DNA of 64,000 nt from an uncultured Chloroflexia bacterium (GCA_963746255.1 CAVVAJ010000005.1:301346-365345); one strand, 5' to 3'; positions 11,394 through 22,890 are shown, counted from the first letter of the stretch. Notes: a model not told the origin generated them from the letters alone. A program made the numbers and translations.

Positions 11394-12605
11394 ATGGAAT
11401 ACAGTCTATATATTCATGTCCCTTTCTGCAATCATCGCTGTGCGTACTGTGATTTTACTACGTACGCAGGTATTAACCATCTCATCCCAAACTATACCCT
11501 AGCTGTTTGCACAGAGCTGCAATTGCTCTCTAGTCAATTAACCAACAAAGAGCGTATTGGGAGTATCTATTTTGGTGGGGGCACGCCATCATTGCTGCCA
11601 ATATCGGCTTATGAACTGATTATTAACTGCATTAATGATCAGTTTGAAGTCAACAACAATGTCGAAGTTTCCCTGGAAGCGAATCCTGGGAGTCTATCAC
11701 TCGAATATCTCGCTGAGCTAAAGGAATTGAAATTCAACCGCCTGAGCTTGGGTATGCAGTCGTCCCATGCTCCGGAATTAAAATTTTTAGAGCGCCAGCA
11801 TACATTTGCTGATGTAATTTCGGCAGTTGAGTGGGCTCGCAAAGTTCAAATCGATAATTACAGTTTGGATTTAATCTTTGGGCTGCCTGGGCAGCCCTTC
11901 GACAAATGGATGCTATCTGTTCAACGAGCGGTAGACCTGTCTCCCACGCATTTATCAGTTTACGGTTTAAGCATAGAAGAAGGTACGCCATTAAAAACTT
12001 GGGTGGATGAAGGCAAGGTATGCAAACCTGATGAAGATGCAGCTGCAGAAATGTATGATTGGGTAAGAGGTTATTTAGCTCGTGAAGGTTATATCCATTA
12101 TGAAATTTCGAACTGGGCAAAAAAAGGGGCAGAGCCGAATACTTTCATGTGCAAGCACAATATGCAATACTGGCGTAATTTGCCGTATTTTGGTATTGGT
12201 GCTGGGGCGCATGGATATGCTTTTGGTAAGCGTGTAGCCAATCACAATCACCCTCGACAATATATTTCTTCTTTTTCCAAAATTAATAAAGAAAAACTGA
12301 ATAACGAACAAAGCCAAAAAATAACCTACCCATCTCTGCCTTGCACAAACGTAGCAAATCCGATTGACCTAGAAACAGAGATGGCTGAAACCATGATTTT
12401 ACGCTTGCGGTTACTTGAAGAGGGGATTACTGTGGGAGAGTTTTCCGAACGCTTCGGTTTGGATATGCAGCAGATTTATGGTGAGCAAATCCACAAATTG
12501 ATCGATTTCGGTTTGCTAGAGTGGCGTGGGAAAAATCTCGAGCGACTTTGCCTTAGTGATCGCGGGATTTTATTAGGCAATCAAGTGTTTCTCGAGTTTA
12601 TATAG
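11394..12605 (+). CDS. hemW: Radical SAM heme chaperone HemW / coproporphyrinogen III oxidase-like
   Basis: The CNHRCAYCDF radical-SAM motif sits close to the Met at 11394. The ORF-track start at 11247 would overlap the LysM gene and is probably an artificial extension. Confidence 0.8.
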   Translation: MEYSLYIHVPFCNHRCAYCDFTTYAGINHLIPNYTLAVCTELQLLSSQLTNKERIGSIYFGGGTPSLLPISAYELIINCINDQFEVNNNVEVSLEANPGSLSLEYLAELKELKFNRLSLGMQSSHAPELKFLERQHTFADVISAVEWARKVQIDNYSLDLIFGLPGQPFDKWMLSVQRAVDLSPTHLSVYGLSIEEGTPLKTWVDEGKVCKPDEDAAAEMYDWVRGYLAREGYIHYEISNWAKKGAEPNTFMCKHNMQYWRNLPYFGIGAGAHGYAFGKRVANHNHPRQYISSFSKINKEKLNNEQSQKITYPSLPCTNVANPIDLETEMAETMILRLRLLEEGITVGEFSERFGLDMQQIYGEQIHKLIDFGLLEWRGKNLERLCLSDRGILLGNQVFLEFI

Positions 12606-12615
12606 TATGAATAGA

Positions 12616-13641
12616 TCAAGACTGCCGATATAGAAGGGTTTCAACTAGCATGCGGAGTTCATTTCCTGCGATTGCGGATGGGTTTGCTAGATCCAGGGAA
12701 TCAATAGCCTCCTTATGCAGATTTACGGCTACATTTTGGGCATAAGACTTGGCCCCTTCCCCCTCGAGGACCGCGGCCAGATGCTCAACTTCATCCTCAG
12801 AAATTGCACCTTGCTGCCATCGAGCAGCGAATTCACCTCTATTGTTTAATGCATAAAGGATCGGCAAGGATTTTTTTCCGGTTATCAGATCACTCTCACT
12901 AGATTTGCCGGTCAGCGCTGCATCTCCCCAGATGCCAAGGATGTCATCTTGAACCTGGAAGGCAAGACCTAATTTGTAACCGAAGCTGCGGTATAGTTCT
13001 TGGATTGCAGGTTTTGATTCTGCGATGACTGCCCCAATTTCGGTGCAGGCACTGAGTAGCGCGGCCGTTTTACCTGCTACCATGGGCCAGTAATCCTCTA
13101 TTTTGAGCTCGCGGCGTTCTTCATATGCGATATCTAGATATTGACCTTTGGTAAGGTCTAGGCATGTTTGCTGGAGTAGTCTTGCCGAATGGAGAACAAT
13201 ATTTGGTGATGTATCTACTGCCAGGCCCAATATCGATAGGTGGGCAACTGTGAACATTGCATCACCAGTATTGATCGCTTGGGGTATTCCCCATTTAACC
13301 CAAACTGTCGGGCGTCCTCGTCGGTAAGGACTATTGTCTTCGATGTCATCGTGGATCAGAGAAAAGTTGTGAATTAATTCCACAGCGGCAGCCGCTGGTA
13401 AAGCTTCTTCCCACTTCCCGCCGGCAGCCGCAGATGACAGCAGCAATAACAATGGGCGAATTCTTTTTCCACTTGCTTTTTGTCCAGCATTGTCCCCAAC
13501 CCAGCCAAGATGATACTCCATCATTTCACGCAAGCCATGATATCGCTGATCGCCAATTTGCGCGAGAGTTCTTCTTAATTGATTTTCAACTGCGGTTAGG
13601 AGATTAACTTCGAGTAGGTCGGGTGACATTGCAGTTGGCAA
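12616..13641 (-). CDS. Polyprenyl diphosphate synthase (trans-isoprenyl diphosphate synthase family)
   Basis: First aspartate motif LIHDDIEDNS and second motif FQVQDDILG; 341 aa. Confidence 0.85.
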   Translation of the reverse strand: MPTAMSPDLLEVNLLTAVENQLRRTLAQIGDQRYHGLREMMEYHLGWVGDNAGQKASGKRIRPLLLLLSSAAAGGKWEEALPAAAAVELIHNFSLIHDDIEDNSPYRRGRPTVWVKWGIPQAINTGDAMFTVAHLSILGLAVDTSPNIVLHSARLLQQTCLDLTKGQYLDIAYEERRELKIEDYWPMVAGKTAALLSACTEIGAVIAESKPAIQELYRSFGYKLGLAFQVQDDILGIWGDAALTGKSSESDLITGKKSLPILYALNNRGEFAARWQQGAISEDEVEHLAAVLEGEGAKSYAQNVAVNLHKEAIDSLDLANPSAIAGNELRMLVETLLYRQS

Positions 13642-13687
13642 TTCGGTATCTTATTTGATTACTGCTGTTCTTGAGAATATTTCTAGT

Positions 13688-13800
13688 CCTTTATCAAGGA
13701 TGAAAGTTTCATTCGATATCCGAGGAAATACGCCCTTGACAAAGCTTAATGTGTTCCGTCTGCACTCTATTCTTACCAAACAATCAAATTTGTTGGAAAC
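13688..13800 (+). repeat. Dispersed bipartite intergenic element, copy R1 (modules A+B)
   Basis: Module A is CCTTTATCAAGG..CCCTTGACAAAGC enclosing the palindrome GATGAAAGTTTCAT. Module B is GTGTTCCG...AACAATCAAATTTGTTGGAAAC. It lies 47 nt upstream of the polyprenyl synthase start. Confidence 0.7.
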
Positions 13801-13809
13801 CTAGATGGC

Positions 13810-14841
13810 TCAGAGAGTCTTAATCAATTCCAATGCTAAAAGAGCTTCTATATCCTTCACTCCGGCGGCAAACATCGCTACTTGTATTTCCCGTTCAATT
13901 TCTCTGATTGTCATGACTGTCTCTTCCACTGAGATAGCTGCAGCCTTTAGAAATGGCGAAGCCATCCCGCCGATGTTGGCTCCCAAAGCAATGCATTTCG
14001 CGATATCCACACCTGTTCTAACACCACCTGATGCAATTAAGGGAATATCTTGATCGACATTACGTACGTTTAGTACCGATTGGGCTGTGGGATTACCCCA
14101 ATCACGGAAAGCTGCTGCAAGTCGCGCTTGGCTGGGAGATTTTGCTCGATACATTTCCACCTGCGACCAGGAGGTACCACCGGCACCTGCGACATCGATC
14201 GCAGCTACTCCGGCATTTATCAAAGACTTTGCTGCCTGTTCTGATATCCCCCAACCAACCTCCTTAGCAATTACAGGCACTCCTATTATGTTACACACAT
14301 GCTCAATCTTTTGGATTATTCCAGAAAAATCTGTGTCTCCTTCAGGCTGTACTGCTTCTTGGAGCGCATTCAGATGTAAAATTAACCCATCTGCAGCGAC
14401 CATTTCTACCGCGCGTAAACATTCATCAACTCCATATCCGTAATTCAGCTGAATTACCCCCAAGTTAGCAAATAATAAGATATCAGGGGCGAATTTCCGG
14501 ATCTGAAAGGTTAGATCCAAGGACGAGTCCTCCAGTGCGGCTCTTTGTGAACCCACGCCCATTGCTATTCCTGCTTCCTGGGCAGCGGTGGCTAACCTTT
14601 GGTTTAACCGTTCAGCTTCATCGCTACCGCCGGTCATTGATGAGATCAAGATAGGGGCACGAAGGGTTTTCCCCAGAAATTTCGTTTTTAGATTCACCTG
14701 ATTGAGATTCAGTTCGGGAAGTGCCTGGTGTTCGAAACGATACTGCTCTAATCCAGATGTGATAGACGAACTGACATCCTCATCGAGATTGATCCTGATA
14801 TGTTCTATTTTTCGGGAGCTGGTTGGCGTAACTTTTTCCAT
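13810..14841 (-). CDS. fni: Isopentenyl-diphosphate delta-isomerase, type 2 (FMN-dependent)
   Basis: 343 aa with N-terminal RKIEHIRI and glycine-rich FMN-binding segments ([13 protein letters not shown]). Confidence 0.85.
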   Translation of the reverse strand: MEKVTPTSSRKIEHIRINLDEDVSSSITSGLEQYRFEHQALPELNLNQVNLKTKFLGKTLRAPILISSMTGGSDEAERLNQRLATAAQEAGIAMGVGSQRAALEDSSLDLTFQIRKFAPDILLFANLGVIQLNYGYGVDECLRAVEMVAADGLILHLNALQEAVQPEGDTDFSGIIQKIEHVCNIIGVPVIAKEVGWGISEQAAKSLINAGVAAIDVAGAGGTSWSQVEMYRAKSPSQARLAAAFRDWGNPTAQSVLNVRNVDQDIPLIASGGVRTGVDIAKCIALGANIGGMASPFLKAAAISVEETVMTIREIEREIQVAMFAAGVKDIEALLALELIKTL

Positions 14842-15029
14842 TATGCGGTGTTCCTGTGAAGTAGAATTATATTACCAGTCTGATCTAGCTATGTCAACGA
14901 AATGTCCTTGAACGCTTGGCTCAGAAGTCAACAAGGACGAGTTGTTCAATATCGAGTTCGGAATTATACTTGACAGATGGGTAAGCGGAGTTAAAATTAG
15001 ATCGTATATAAAGGATAAGGAGGATTTAC

Positions 15030-15269
15030 ATGTCTGATACCTTCATCGAGGTCAGAGAAATCGTCGTCGACTTATTAGGTGTCGATGAATCAAAAGTTAC
15101 CCTGGATGCACGCTTCCGTGAGGATCTGGAGGCGGATTCGCTAGATCTTGTTGAATTAATTATGGCTTTTGAGGATAAGTTTGGCGGCGAGATCTCCGAC
15201 GAGGATGCTCAGAAGATTACAACTGTTGGTGAAGTTGTGAATTATATCAATGATAAAATGCTCGCATAA
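15030..15269 (+). CDS. acpP: Acyl carrier protein
   Basis: 79 aa with phosphopantetheine attachment motif [16 protein letters not shown]. Confidence 0.9.
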   Translation: MSDTFIEVREIVVDLLGVDESKVTLDARFREDLEADSLDLVELIMAFEDKFGGEISDEDAQKITTVGEVVNYINDKMLA

Positions 15270-15342
15270 GTTGACGCTTGGAGAAATTCACCCCAGCTAA
15301 GTTTGAGATCCAGCTGAAAAATAATATTTTATGAAAAGCAAT

Positions 15343-15380
15343 AAGAAGGGCTATACGTTTTGCATAGCCCTTCTTATTTA
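15343..15380. terminator. Bidirectional rho-independent terminator (acpP and sucD)
   Basis: AAGAAGGGCTAT-loop-ATAGCCCTTCTT followed by ATTTAATTT. Confidence 0.65.
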
Positions 15381-15427
15381 ATTTGGGTATTTATTCTCAG
15401 ATCGGAAAACCCATACCGGTCGGCAAG

Positions 15428-16291
15428 CTAATTCAATAATTTAGGTAATTCTTCCGGATGATTCGCAATCTTTACACCGACCGCTTTCAAAGCGGCTATT
15501 TTATCTGCCGCCAAGCCCGATCCGCCTTCAACGATTGCTCCTGCATGCCCCATTCGTTTACCTGGCGGTGCACTTTGGCCGGCAATAAATCCGGCTACCG
15601 GTTTGGTCATGTTTTTGGAAATAAACTCGGCAGCTTTTTCTTCATCTGACCCACCAATTTCTCCAATCAACAACACATGATCTGTTTTATGGTCTTCTTC
15701 GAACATCCTTAAACAATCGATGAAATCCGTACCATTAATAGGATCACCCCCGATACCTACACAAGTGCTTACTCCTCTCCCAACGAGCTTGAGTGCATAA
15801 AGAACTTCATATGTGAGTGTTCCAGAGCGAGATACCACGCCAACATTGCCTGGAATTGCTATGTCGCCAGGGATGATACCAACCTTGGCTTCACCAGGCG
15901 TTAGTAATCCCGGGCAATTTGGTCCGACCAATCTGGCTCCTTTCTGATCCAGATAGGTGCGGACTTGCATCATGTCCTGGACTGGGATGCCTTCGGTAAT
16001 GCAGACGATCAGTCTTACTCCTGCATCTGCAGCTTCGAATATTGCATCAGAAGCAAAACGTGCTGGAACAAAGATTACACTAGTGTTAGCACCGGTAGCT
16101 TCTAAAGCGATTTTTACCGAATCAAACACTGGTACCTTTCCATCCAAAACCCATTCCCCGCCCTTTCCGGGAGTAACACCGGCGACAACATTGGTGCCAT
16201 AATCCACCATCTGGGTAGTATGGAATAAGCCTTCGTTCCCTGTCACTCCTTGAACGAGAAGCCGTGTGTCTCTGTTAACAAGAATACTCAT
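15428..16291 (-). CDS. sucD: Succinyl-CoA synthetase alpha subunit
   Basis: 287 aa with N-terminus [26 protein letters not shown] and the active-site region GHAGAI. Confidence 0.9.
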   Translation of the reverse strand: MSILVNRDTRLLVQGVTGNEGLFHTTQMVDYGTNVVAGVTPGKGGEWVLDGKVPVFDSVKIALEATGANTSVIFVPARFASDAIFEAADAGVRLIVCITEGIPVQDMMQVRTYLDQKGARLVGPNCPGLLTPGEAKVGIIPGDIAIPGNVGVVSRSGTLTYEVLYALKLVGRGVSTCVGIGGDPINGTDFIDCLRMFEEDHKTDHVLLIGEIGGSDEEKAAEFISKNMTKPVAGFIAGQSAPPGKRMGHAGAIVEGGSGLAADKIAALKAVGVKIANHPEELPKLLN

Positions 16292-16308
16292 TAGTGATAA
16301 ACTCCTGA

Positions 16309-17442
16309 TTATGAGCGTGCAGCTGCAACGGCTTTTTGAGCAGCATCGGCTAGGGTTTCTGCTGTAATCATATCTGCATTGGCCAGGATCTTCCGTCCTT
16401 CTTCAGCATTCGTACCTACCAAACGGATTACCATTGGAACTTCAGTTTTCATCGCTTCGAGGGCGGAGAGTATACCGCGTGCAACTTCATCACCACGGGT
16501 AATGCCACCGAAAACATTGATCAGTACGGTTTTAACATTTGGATCCGAAAGGATGATTCGCAATGCTGCTGTAACGCGTTCAGCACTGGCGCCACCACCG
16601 ATGTCGAGGAAATTTGCTGGCTCTCCCCCGAATAATTTAATAATATCCATTGTAGTCATCGCCAATCCTGCACCGTTAACCATACACCCGATATCACCAT
16701 CCAGCTTTATGAAAGATAGGCCATACTTCCGAGCACGAATTTCTGATTCAACCTCCACGTCAAGATCACGCATCTCAGCGATATCGATATGCCGGAAAAG
16801 TGCATTATCATCAATTACCATCTTGCCATCCACAGCTATTAGTTGGTTATCGGTTGTGATCACTAGTGGATTGATCTCGGCTAATGTGGCATCTGATTTA
16901 AGGTATGCGTTCCATAATCCTGATGCGATCGAACCAAATGATCTCCAAAGATCACGCGGCAGGTCTATACAAGCTGCAATGTCCCGGGCTTGGTAGTCTT
17001 TTAACCCTAAGAGTGGATCAATGTTTACCCGGACGATTTTTTCAGGTGTCTCGCGAGCGACTTCTTCAATATCAACACCGCCCGCTGCGGAGGCCATCAG
17101 GACAGGTTTACGCGTGGCACGATCGTTTGTTATTCCTAGATAAATTTCAGTTTCTATCTGTGCAGCTTCGTCGACCAGGACCTTACGGACGGGTAGGCCT
17201 TTAATTTCCATTGCCAGGATTTGAGTAGCAACTTCTTCGGCTTCCATTGGAGATTTGGCGAGTCGAATACCGCCTGCTTTCCCCCGGCCTCCGACCAAAA
17301 CTTGAGATTTAACAACAACGCGGCCACCTAATTCTTCAGCAATTTGCTTAGCTTCTTGGGAGGTAGCCGCTACTCTCCCTTTCGGGATGGGGATGCCATA
17401 TTTTGCGAATATATTCTTCGATTGATACTCGTGTAATTTCAT
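16309..17442 (-). CDS. sucC: Succinyl-CoA synthetase beta subunit
   Basis: 377 aa with [21 protein letters not shown]-grasp N-terminus. It ends 17 nt upstream of sucD. Confidence 0.9.
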   Translation of the reverse strand: MKLHEYQSKNIFAKYGIPIPKGRVAATSQEAKQIAEELGGRVVVKSQVLVGGRGKAGGIRLAKSPMEAEEVATQILAMEIKGLPVRKVLVDEAAQIETEIYLGITNDRATRKPVLMASAAGGVDIEEVARETPEKIVRVNIDPLLGLKDYQARDIAACIDLPRDLWRSFGSIASGLWNAYLKSDATLAEINPLVITTDNQLIAVDGKMVIDDNALFRHIDIAEMRDLDVEVESEIRARKYGLSFIKLDGDIGCMVNGAGLAMTTMDIIKLFGGEPANFLDIGGGASAERVTAALRIILSDPNVKTVLINVFGGITRGDEVARGILSALEAMKTEVPMVIRLVGTNAEEGRKILANADMITAETLADAAQKAVAAARS

Positions 17443-17717
17443 CCAGTTTGCTTCTCCATATTATTGGCAGTCGCTATATCATGGTTAATTTCTGATTGTT
17501 TCCCACTTTTTTCGTTATTAGGAGTGCGAGGTCACTGCGAGAAAATTATACCATGCAGCACTTTTGGTTATCCTGCTGATGCTCGCCGAGAAACTAATAT
17601 CTTCTACCCAACCTCTCCCGCTTGAATCCAACTTTAAAATAGGGTGCAATTCCCAAGTATATTCTTCAGCGTCCGTATTTGATAAATCTTGGTTTTATCT
17701 TTTTGGGGGATAATGAT

Positions 17718-17750
17718 GACCAGACCGGGGCATCAGCCTTCGGTCTGGTC
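17718..17750. other. Perfect 10-bp inverted repeat (GACCAGACCG / CGGTCTGGTC) with 13-nt loop
   Basis: Seen directly in the intergenic region between the large GT-C/NHL gene and sucC. It has no clear U-tract. Confidence 0.5.
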
Positions 17751-17805
17751 GTGACTAAGTAGGTCTTCTCCCCATGTCAATCGAAAAGAATTCCACAAAA
17801 TAATT

Positions 17806-20800
17806 TCAAGGGAGAGTAAAGTGCATTATACGGCTGTTGCCTGTATCACTTACCCAGATCCCCTCCTCTTTGTCAGCTGCGATGCCTCCAACTAAATCAA
17901 AGCCATCCAATCCGGTTGATAAATCTCCGATGAAGCCAATAATTTCACCACCCAATGAAAAGACCAGCACTCGATAGGCTTCTGGGTCGGTTGCGAATAA
18001 GCGGTCCTTTGAGTTTATTGTGAGGAATGGTTTATTATCCAACGATTGCCCATACCACCCAACGACATCCCAGCTATTCACCGCTTGGTATTTATCTTCC
18101 CCCCCTGGGATAAACTCTTGGATGCGTTGGTTCCATGTATCAGCGATGAAAAGCTGACCGGATTCATTCGAGGTGATACCGATCGGTTCGTCAAATTCAC
18201 CAAGTGCAAAACCTGCCTGCCCAAATTCCGTGATCGCGTTACCACCCTGGTCAAATACGAGAATTCGTTTATTCCCGGTATCACTTACGAATATTTTCCC
18301 ATCTATGTCGATATAGACATCTCGCGGTCCCCACAAAGCATATAGGGACTCAGCTTGACCGAAATATCCCCAGGAGTTCAGGAAAATCCCATCTGGTGTG
18401 AATTTCTGGATACGGTGATTCCAGGTATCTGCGACATATACTGATCCATCGGGTCCGACATCAATTCCCCAAGGTTCATAGAATGTACCACCTGGTGCTT
18501 CGCCCACACTGCTATCAGCAAAACTTCCCCAGATATGGAGCACATTACCATTAGCGTCCATATGCTGAATGCGGTGGTTATCTGTATCAGCGATGTAGAT
18601 TGTGCCATCTTCCGCAACTGCTACACCCCGAGGCCTGTTAAATTGCCCCGATTCGGTCCCGTACTCACCAATGACTGTGTCTGCAAGGATATCGATTTGC
18701 TTCCCTTCATACGGATCGGCAATAATCTCGTCTGGTGCAGGGCCGACACCATAGTTCCATATCTGTGAGGTGATATCCTTGCGAATATAAAGCCTCATCC
18801 GATTTGATGGATACCAATTGCCAAGGCTCATGTCCTTGCCGGTAAGTTGGCTGTACAAAGAAAAATCCCGATTAAGCCAAATCTGGAACAGAGCAGTACG
18901 CATTTGAGGGTCTGTAATTGCGTTTCTTATCCTTTCCCAAGTGAGGTCATAATAATCCTGGTTTGGCCACCAAATCCGGATGTAATCATATTTGTTATAA
19001 GCTTGCCCAACAACTGGCTCTACTTTTCCGTAGTTACCTTCTCCAACTAAAATTATTGGCGCGTCCCGCTGAGCGCGTGAAGGCGTGCTTCCGTAGTAAT
19101 CCTGGTTTGAATAATTTCGGAGATACCACCAATATGGGTAAGTTGTCTCATTGTCGTATGCAACTCGAATAGCTAGGTCATCTGTTGTTCGCCGGGATAT
19201 CTCTTCTATTTGGTTAAGTGCCAGTTTTGGTCCGCTCCCGGAATGTGCGTAGACAAGATATTCTGTTGGGTAGTCATAATCTATATACGTTGCTCTGAAG
19301 GCACTGCGCGCAGTCAGCAGGGTCAAAAATCCAAATATTGCCAGAATAATTACCCGGATGAGTTGACTGTTCGACCAATCTTTTACCAAGTAGGCAATCC
19401 CATATCCCGATGCAAGGGAAACGAGTAAACCGAAGATAAAAGTGCTAGATGCTCGCAACTGCTCGAGTTCTTTACCTTGAAACGGTGGGTTTGGTCCCAG
19501 TATCGAACCGATTGTTGAACCAAGTGCGATGAGAAATACAATCAACAAAAGTATCAACAGCAAGCCTTTTTGCTGAAAAAACGTTGTCCAATTAATACTT
19601 TCAATGAGCTGTCCAAGGAACCAAGCCGCGGTCAATATCATAGGGAGAGCAATGTGGACGGTTAACCAAGGCATTTTTTCCCCAGCGATAGTGAAAGCAA
19701 GCATACTAGTAATACTCCAAAAAAGGAGCAATGTGATTGTCGTTCCGGGGAATAACTGATTGTTCTCAGAATTGCTTTCGATTGGGGTGTGATATTTAAG
19801 ACTTCTAAATGGGGGATTTAAAGAGTCACCTTCAGAATGGTCAAGCTCCGAAATTGGGTATGCCTTTCGAGCAATAAATGGGGTTACTAGTAAGGCGATG
19901 ATCGTTCCAAGAGCAGGGAGAAATTCATAAATGGGAATTTGGATCAGCCCGTAATAATACCAAGGTTGGCTGCCGCGGTTTACGGCTTGTTGTTCCAGCC
20001 AATACCCCAAAGAACCGACCATCCCGGTAATGAAGCCAAATCCGTTCGTGAATAGACTGGTATAGAAAATCGTAAAAATTGAGTAGAAGATCAGCGCGCA
20101 TATTGACCAAACACGCCAATTCCATAACAGTCCAAACACGATAGCTACAACAGCCAAACCCCCAAGCCATAAACCAATCATGGTTATGCTTTGTGTATTG
20201 GAATAATCAATCGGGTTGTACCCCAAGAGCTTTACTGGGAATGGGGATAACATAGGTAATACCATTGTGATCAAAACGACTAATATCCCAAAGCTTCGTT
20301 CTTCACGCAGACATTGCCATGTGAAACCTTTCAATACAAAGAATATCCCAGTGAGTATAAGTATCCCACCGACTAGGAGCAAACTTATCGCCAGTACTGG
20401 GAATTCAGATAGTGGTTGTGTGGAGAGGCTTCCTCCTGTCGATTCTGGTGTACTGAGATTCTCGCTTTGTTGACTAGCCGAGTTACCTGTTACATACAGT
20501 CCTCCGCCGATGCCAAGTAATAATAATCCAACGACTATAACGATTACAAACCTTTGCCGGTATTCTGGGTTTTGCCAATTTGCTTGTATCAGGCGCATTA
20601 CAAGATAAAATGCAAGGAATATCATTGCTTGGGCGGTATAGATAAAAGCTGTTTCTTTAGTTGTAAAATGTAATGCACTGATTGCAGCTATCCAATAAAG
20701 ATATTTATTTTCTCCGCTGGCTAAGTACTTTAAAATCGCCCATAACGTCACAACTCCAAAGAACGCTACAAAAGCTTCATTGCGCACATATCGACCGTAG

Positions 20801-21219
20801 TACAGTAGATATGGGGAGATAATCATCAGCAGTGCGGCGACTATTGCCCCTATTCGACCGATAATCTGACGATAATTCCACATAAACAATACAGTTGCGA
20901 TACTAAATAAGGCGGCAGGTATTCGCGCAGTGAAATCATTATCACCGAACATGAAATAAGACAATGCCACTACATGGAACTGGAAAGGACCATGTGTAAC
21001 AGGGTCATGAGAGTAGCCACGACCTTGCTCAAAGAGCCAGGAAAAATATACATGTGATGTTTCATCATGGCTCATAACTCGGGATTCGAGATCATAAAAC
21101 CGGCTGACGATGGCAAGAATGATCAATAGCGAGAATAAGATAGTCTCCCAATTTAATGAGATGAGGTTGAATAATGGTTGATCCATCCAGGATCGGCTGT
21201 TTGTGGATGTTTCCTGCAT
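17806..21219 (-). CDS. Large multi-TM GT-C/PMT(ArnT)-like glycosyltransferase fused to a C-terminal NHL-repeat beta-propeller
   Basis: 1137 aa. It has a DE motif (SHDETSHV) in the first loop after TM1, about 15 predicted TM helices, and a C-terminal run of NHL repeats (YIADTDNHRIQ, YVADTWNHRIQKF, FVSDTGNKRILVF, FIADTWNQRIQEF, WVSDTGNSRIMHF). Confidence 0.7.
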   Translation of the reverse strand: MQETSTNSRSWMDQPLFNLISLNWETILFSLLIILAIVSRFYDLESRVMSHDETSHVYFSWLFEQGRGYSHDPVTHGPFQFHVVALSYFMFGDNDFTARIPAALFSIATVLFMWNYRQIIGRIGAIVAALLMIISPYLLYYGRYVRNEAFVAFFGVVTLWAILKYLASGENKYLYWIAAISALHFTTKETAFIYTAQAMIFLAFYLVMRLIQANWQNPEYRQRFVIVIVVGLLLLGIGGGLYVTGNSASQQSENLSTPESTGGSLSTQPLSEFPVLAISLLLVGGILILTGIFFVLKGFTWQCLREERSFGILVVLITMVLPMLSPFPVKLLGYNPIDYSNTQSITMIGLWLGGLAVVAIVFGLLWNWRVWSICALIFYSIFTIFYTSLFTNGFGFITGMVGSLGYWLEQQAVNRGSQPWYYYGLIQIPIYEFLPALGTIIALLVTPFIARKAYPISELDHSEGDSLNPPFRSLKYHTPIESNSENNQLFPGTTITLLLFWSITSMLAFTIAGEKMPWLTVHIALPMILTAAWFLGQLIESINWTTFFQQKGLLLILLLIVFLIALGSTIGSILGPNPPFQGKELEQLRASSTFIFGLLVSLASGYGIAYLVKDWSNSQLIRVIILAIFGFLTLLTARSAFRATYIDYDYPTEYLVYAHSGSGPKLALNQIEEISRRTTDDLAIRVAYDNETTYPYWWYLRNYSNQDYYGSTPSRAQRDAPIILVGEGNYGKVEPVVGQAYNKYDYIRIWWPNQDYYDLTWERIRNAITDPQMRTALFQIWLNRDFSLYSQLTGKDMSLGNWYPSNRMRLYIRKDITSQIWNYGVGPAPDEIIADPYEGKQIDILADTVIGEYGTESGQFNRPRGVAVAEDGTIYIADTDNHRIQHMDANGNVLHIWGSFADSSVGEAPGGTFYEPWGIDVGPDGSVYVADTWNHRIQKFTPDGIFLNSWGYFGQAESLYALWGPRDVYIDIDGKIFVSDTGNKRILVFDQGGNAITEFGQAGFALGEFDEPIGITSNESGQLFIADTWNQRIQEFIPGGEDKYQAVNSWDVVGWYGQSLDNKPFLTINSKDRLFATDPEAYRVLVFSLGGEIIGFIGDLSTGLDGFDLVGGIAADKEEGIWVSDTGNSRIMHFTLP

Positions 21220-21267
21220 ATTTGATCCTTCGCTAGTTAACGCATGGGCTTTATTGATAGACGGTAA

Positions 21268-22140
21268 TTACTTGGTTGGGATTGGTGTCAAACTCTCGGC
21301 CATTTCCAGTAAGATCGATTTACTTAATCTCTGACCGATAGCCAGAATTTCATACGTCACACCATTTTCCTCCCAACGCATAATCCGTTGTGATTGATTT
21401 TGATCCCAGTATATATTTAAATTTTCACTAATTTTCATCAAATGATCCGGAGTGATAATTGACTTTTTATCTATTGCATGCCATCCACCAACTACATATT
21501 CACCGGGATTACCATTTATCATGACTAATTCAATTGGCGCAGAGGCTCCAATACTGGAAAATTCTAGCATACTCTCTGTTGGGCGTTGTGTAAAATAAAT
21601 AGTCTTATCTGCTCCTTGATACTGTATTGTCACTGAGGATATTTCCTTATTGTAGTTGGCGCCTGAGTATTTTAATCCAAGTAGTTGTTCAGGAATGACC
21701 AGCAGATCAAACTCAATCAGCTCCGTTAGAGTGGCGATATCCATGGAGAAATACCCCGGAGCATCGTAGGTCACTAAGTTTCCGTCCTGCCCAACAGTGA
21801 TTGGAATAGAGATTGTGTCTGTTTCGGCAGGGACAAAGAAACTAAAGAATTGTTTTGCCGCTGCTTTTATTGTCGGTGAGGCGGTATAACTAATGATTGT
21901 GAGTATGAGAATTGAGCTGACCAGTATAGCGAGGCGTATAGGTAGGGACGTGGGCAAGAAGTTTGTGCTGACTTTAGTGACAATATTCAAACTGGAAGAT
22001 TTCTTCCAAGGTGCCGTATACATCTTGCTATGAAATGATTCCTCCGGCACTGGTCTGAAGTGGATCAGTATCTCTTCGATCTCATTATCTGTTGGGTTTT
22101 GTAGTTTTTGGTAAATTATTTCGTCACTCATACCGGCCAC
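21268..22140 (-). CDS. Putative anti-sigma factor (single TM, extracytoplasmic domain)
   Basis: 290 aa. It overlaps the ECF sigma gene stop by 13 nt and has a central TM helix (LAILVSSILILTIISY). Confidence 0.5.
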   Translation of the reverse strand: MAGMSDEIIYQKLQNPTDNEIEEILIHFRPVPEESFHSKMYTAPWKKSSSLNIVTKVSTNFLPTSLPIRLAILVSSILILTIISYTASPTIKAAAKQFFSFFVPAETDTISIPITVGQDGNLVTYDAPGYFSMDIATLTELIEFDLLVIPEQLLGLKYSGANYNKEISSVTIQYQGADKTIYFTQRPTESMLEFSSIGASAPIELVMINGNPGEYVVGGWHAIDKKSIITPDHLMKISENLNIYWDQNQSQRIMRWEENGVTYEILAIGQRLSKSILLEMAESLTPIPTK

Positions 22141-22697
22141 GCATTTCGGATTTGGGTTAATGCTCTTCGAATACGAACTGTAACCGTATTCTCAAGCATA
22201 TCAAAATGTTCGGCTATCTGCTTTACTGACCAACCCAGTATGTATCTTAGAACAATCATTTCGCGAGTATCGATAGGCAAAGAGGATAGGATCTCTAAGA
22301 TGATCATTTGGTTTTCTTCTGCCACCAATTCATCTTCGGGATGGATTATAGATTTATCCTCTGGTTCAAACCGATCTGAATCTTCAAATTGCTGCGGTTG
22401 TATAGAGCGCTTATTTTTACGATAGTCGTCGATAACTAGGTTCCGTGCAATTGTTAATATCCAAGCATATGAGGCTTTTCGGTCTCCGTAGAAACGCTTA
22501 CGGGCTTTCCACGCCCGGATAAAGGCATCAGCTGTGAGGTCTTCGACATCTTCTGCTGGTCCTCCATGTAAGCCATAAATATATCTGTATACTTGTAGGA
22601 AAGTTTGATCGTAAAATTGCTCAAAGGCAGATTTGTCACGTAAGATTCTAGCTGAGCCGCTCATATAACTATCTAACGAAAATAACGCAAACATCAA
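22128..22697 (-). CDS. ECF-family RNA polymerase sigma factor
   Basis: Sigma-70 region 2 (YRYIYGLHGGPAEDVEDLTADAFIRAW) and region 4 HTH (LPIDTREMIVLRYILGWSVKQIAEHF). Confidence 0.85.
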   Translation of the reverse strand: MMFALFSLDSYMSGSARILRDKSAFEQFYDQTFLQVYRYIYGLHGGPAEDVEDLTADAFIRAWKARKRFYGDRKASYAWILTIARNLVIDDYRKNKRSIQPQQFEDSDRFEPEDKSIIHPEDELVAEENQMIILEILSSLPIDTREMIVLRYILGWSVKQIAEHFDMLENTVTVRIRRALTQIRNAWPV

Positions 22698-22890
22698 GGA
22701 AATATGACGTAGACGAGAAGGATCGTATAATGATGAGCTTGCTCATGAATTTTGATGAACTGATAAATATCCCCGCAACAGTCAAACGGTCTATAGTTAT
22801 TACATCCTCAGATTTCGATTAATCTAATAATCCGCCGAATTACTAAGAGTGAATATTTATAGTGGCTTGTCGACAGCATAATTCCTGAGA

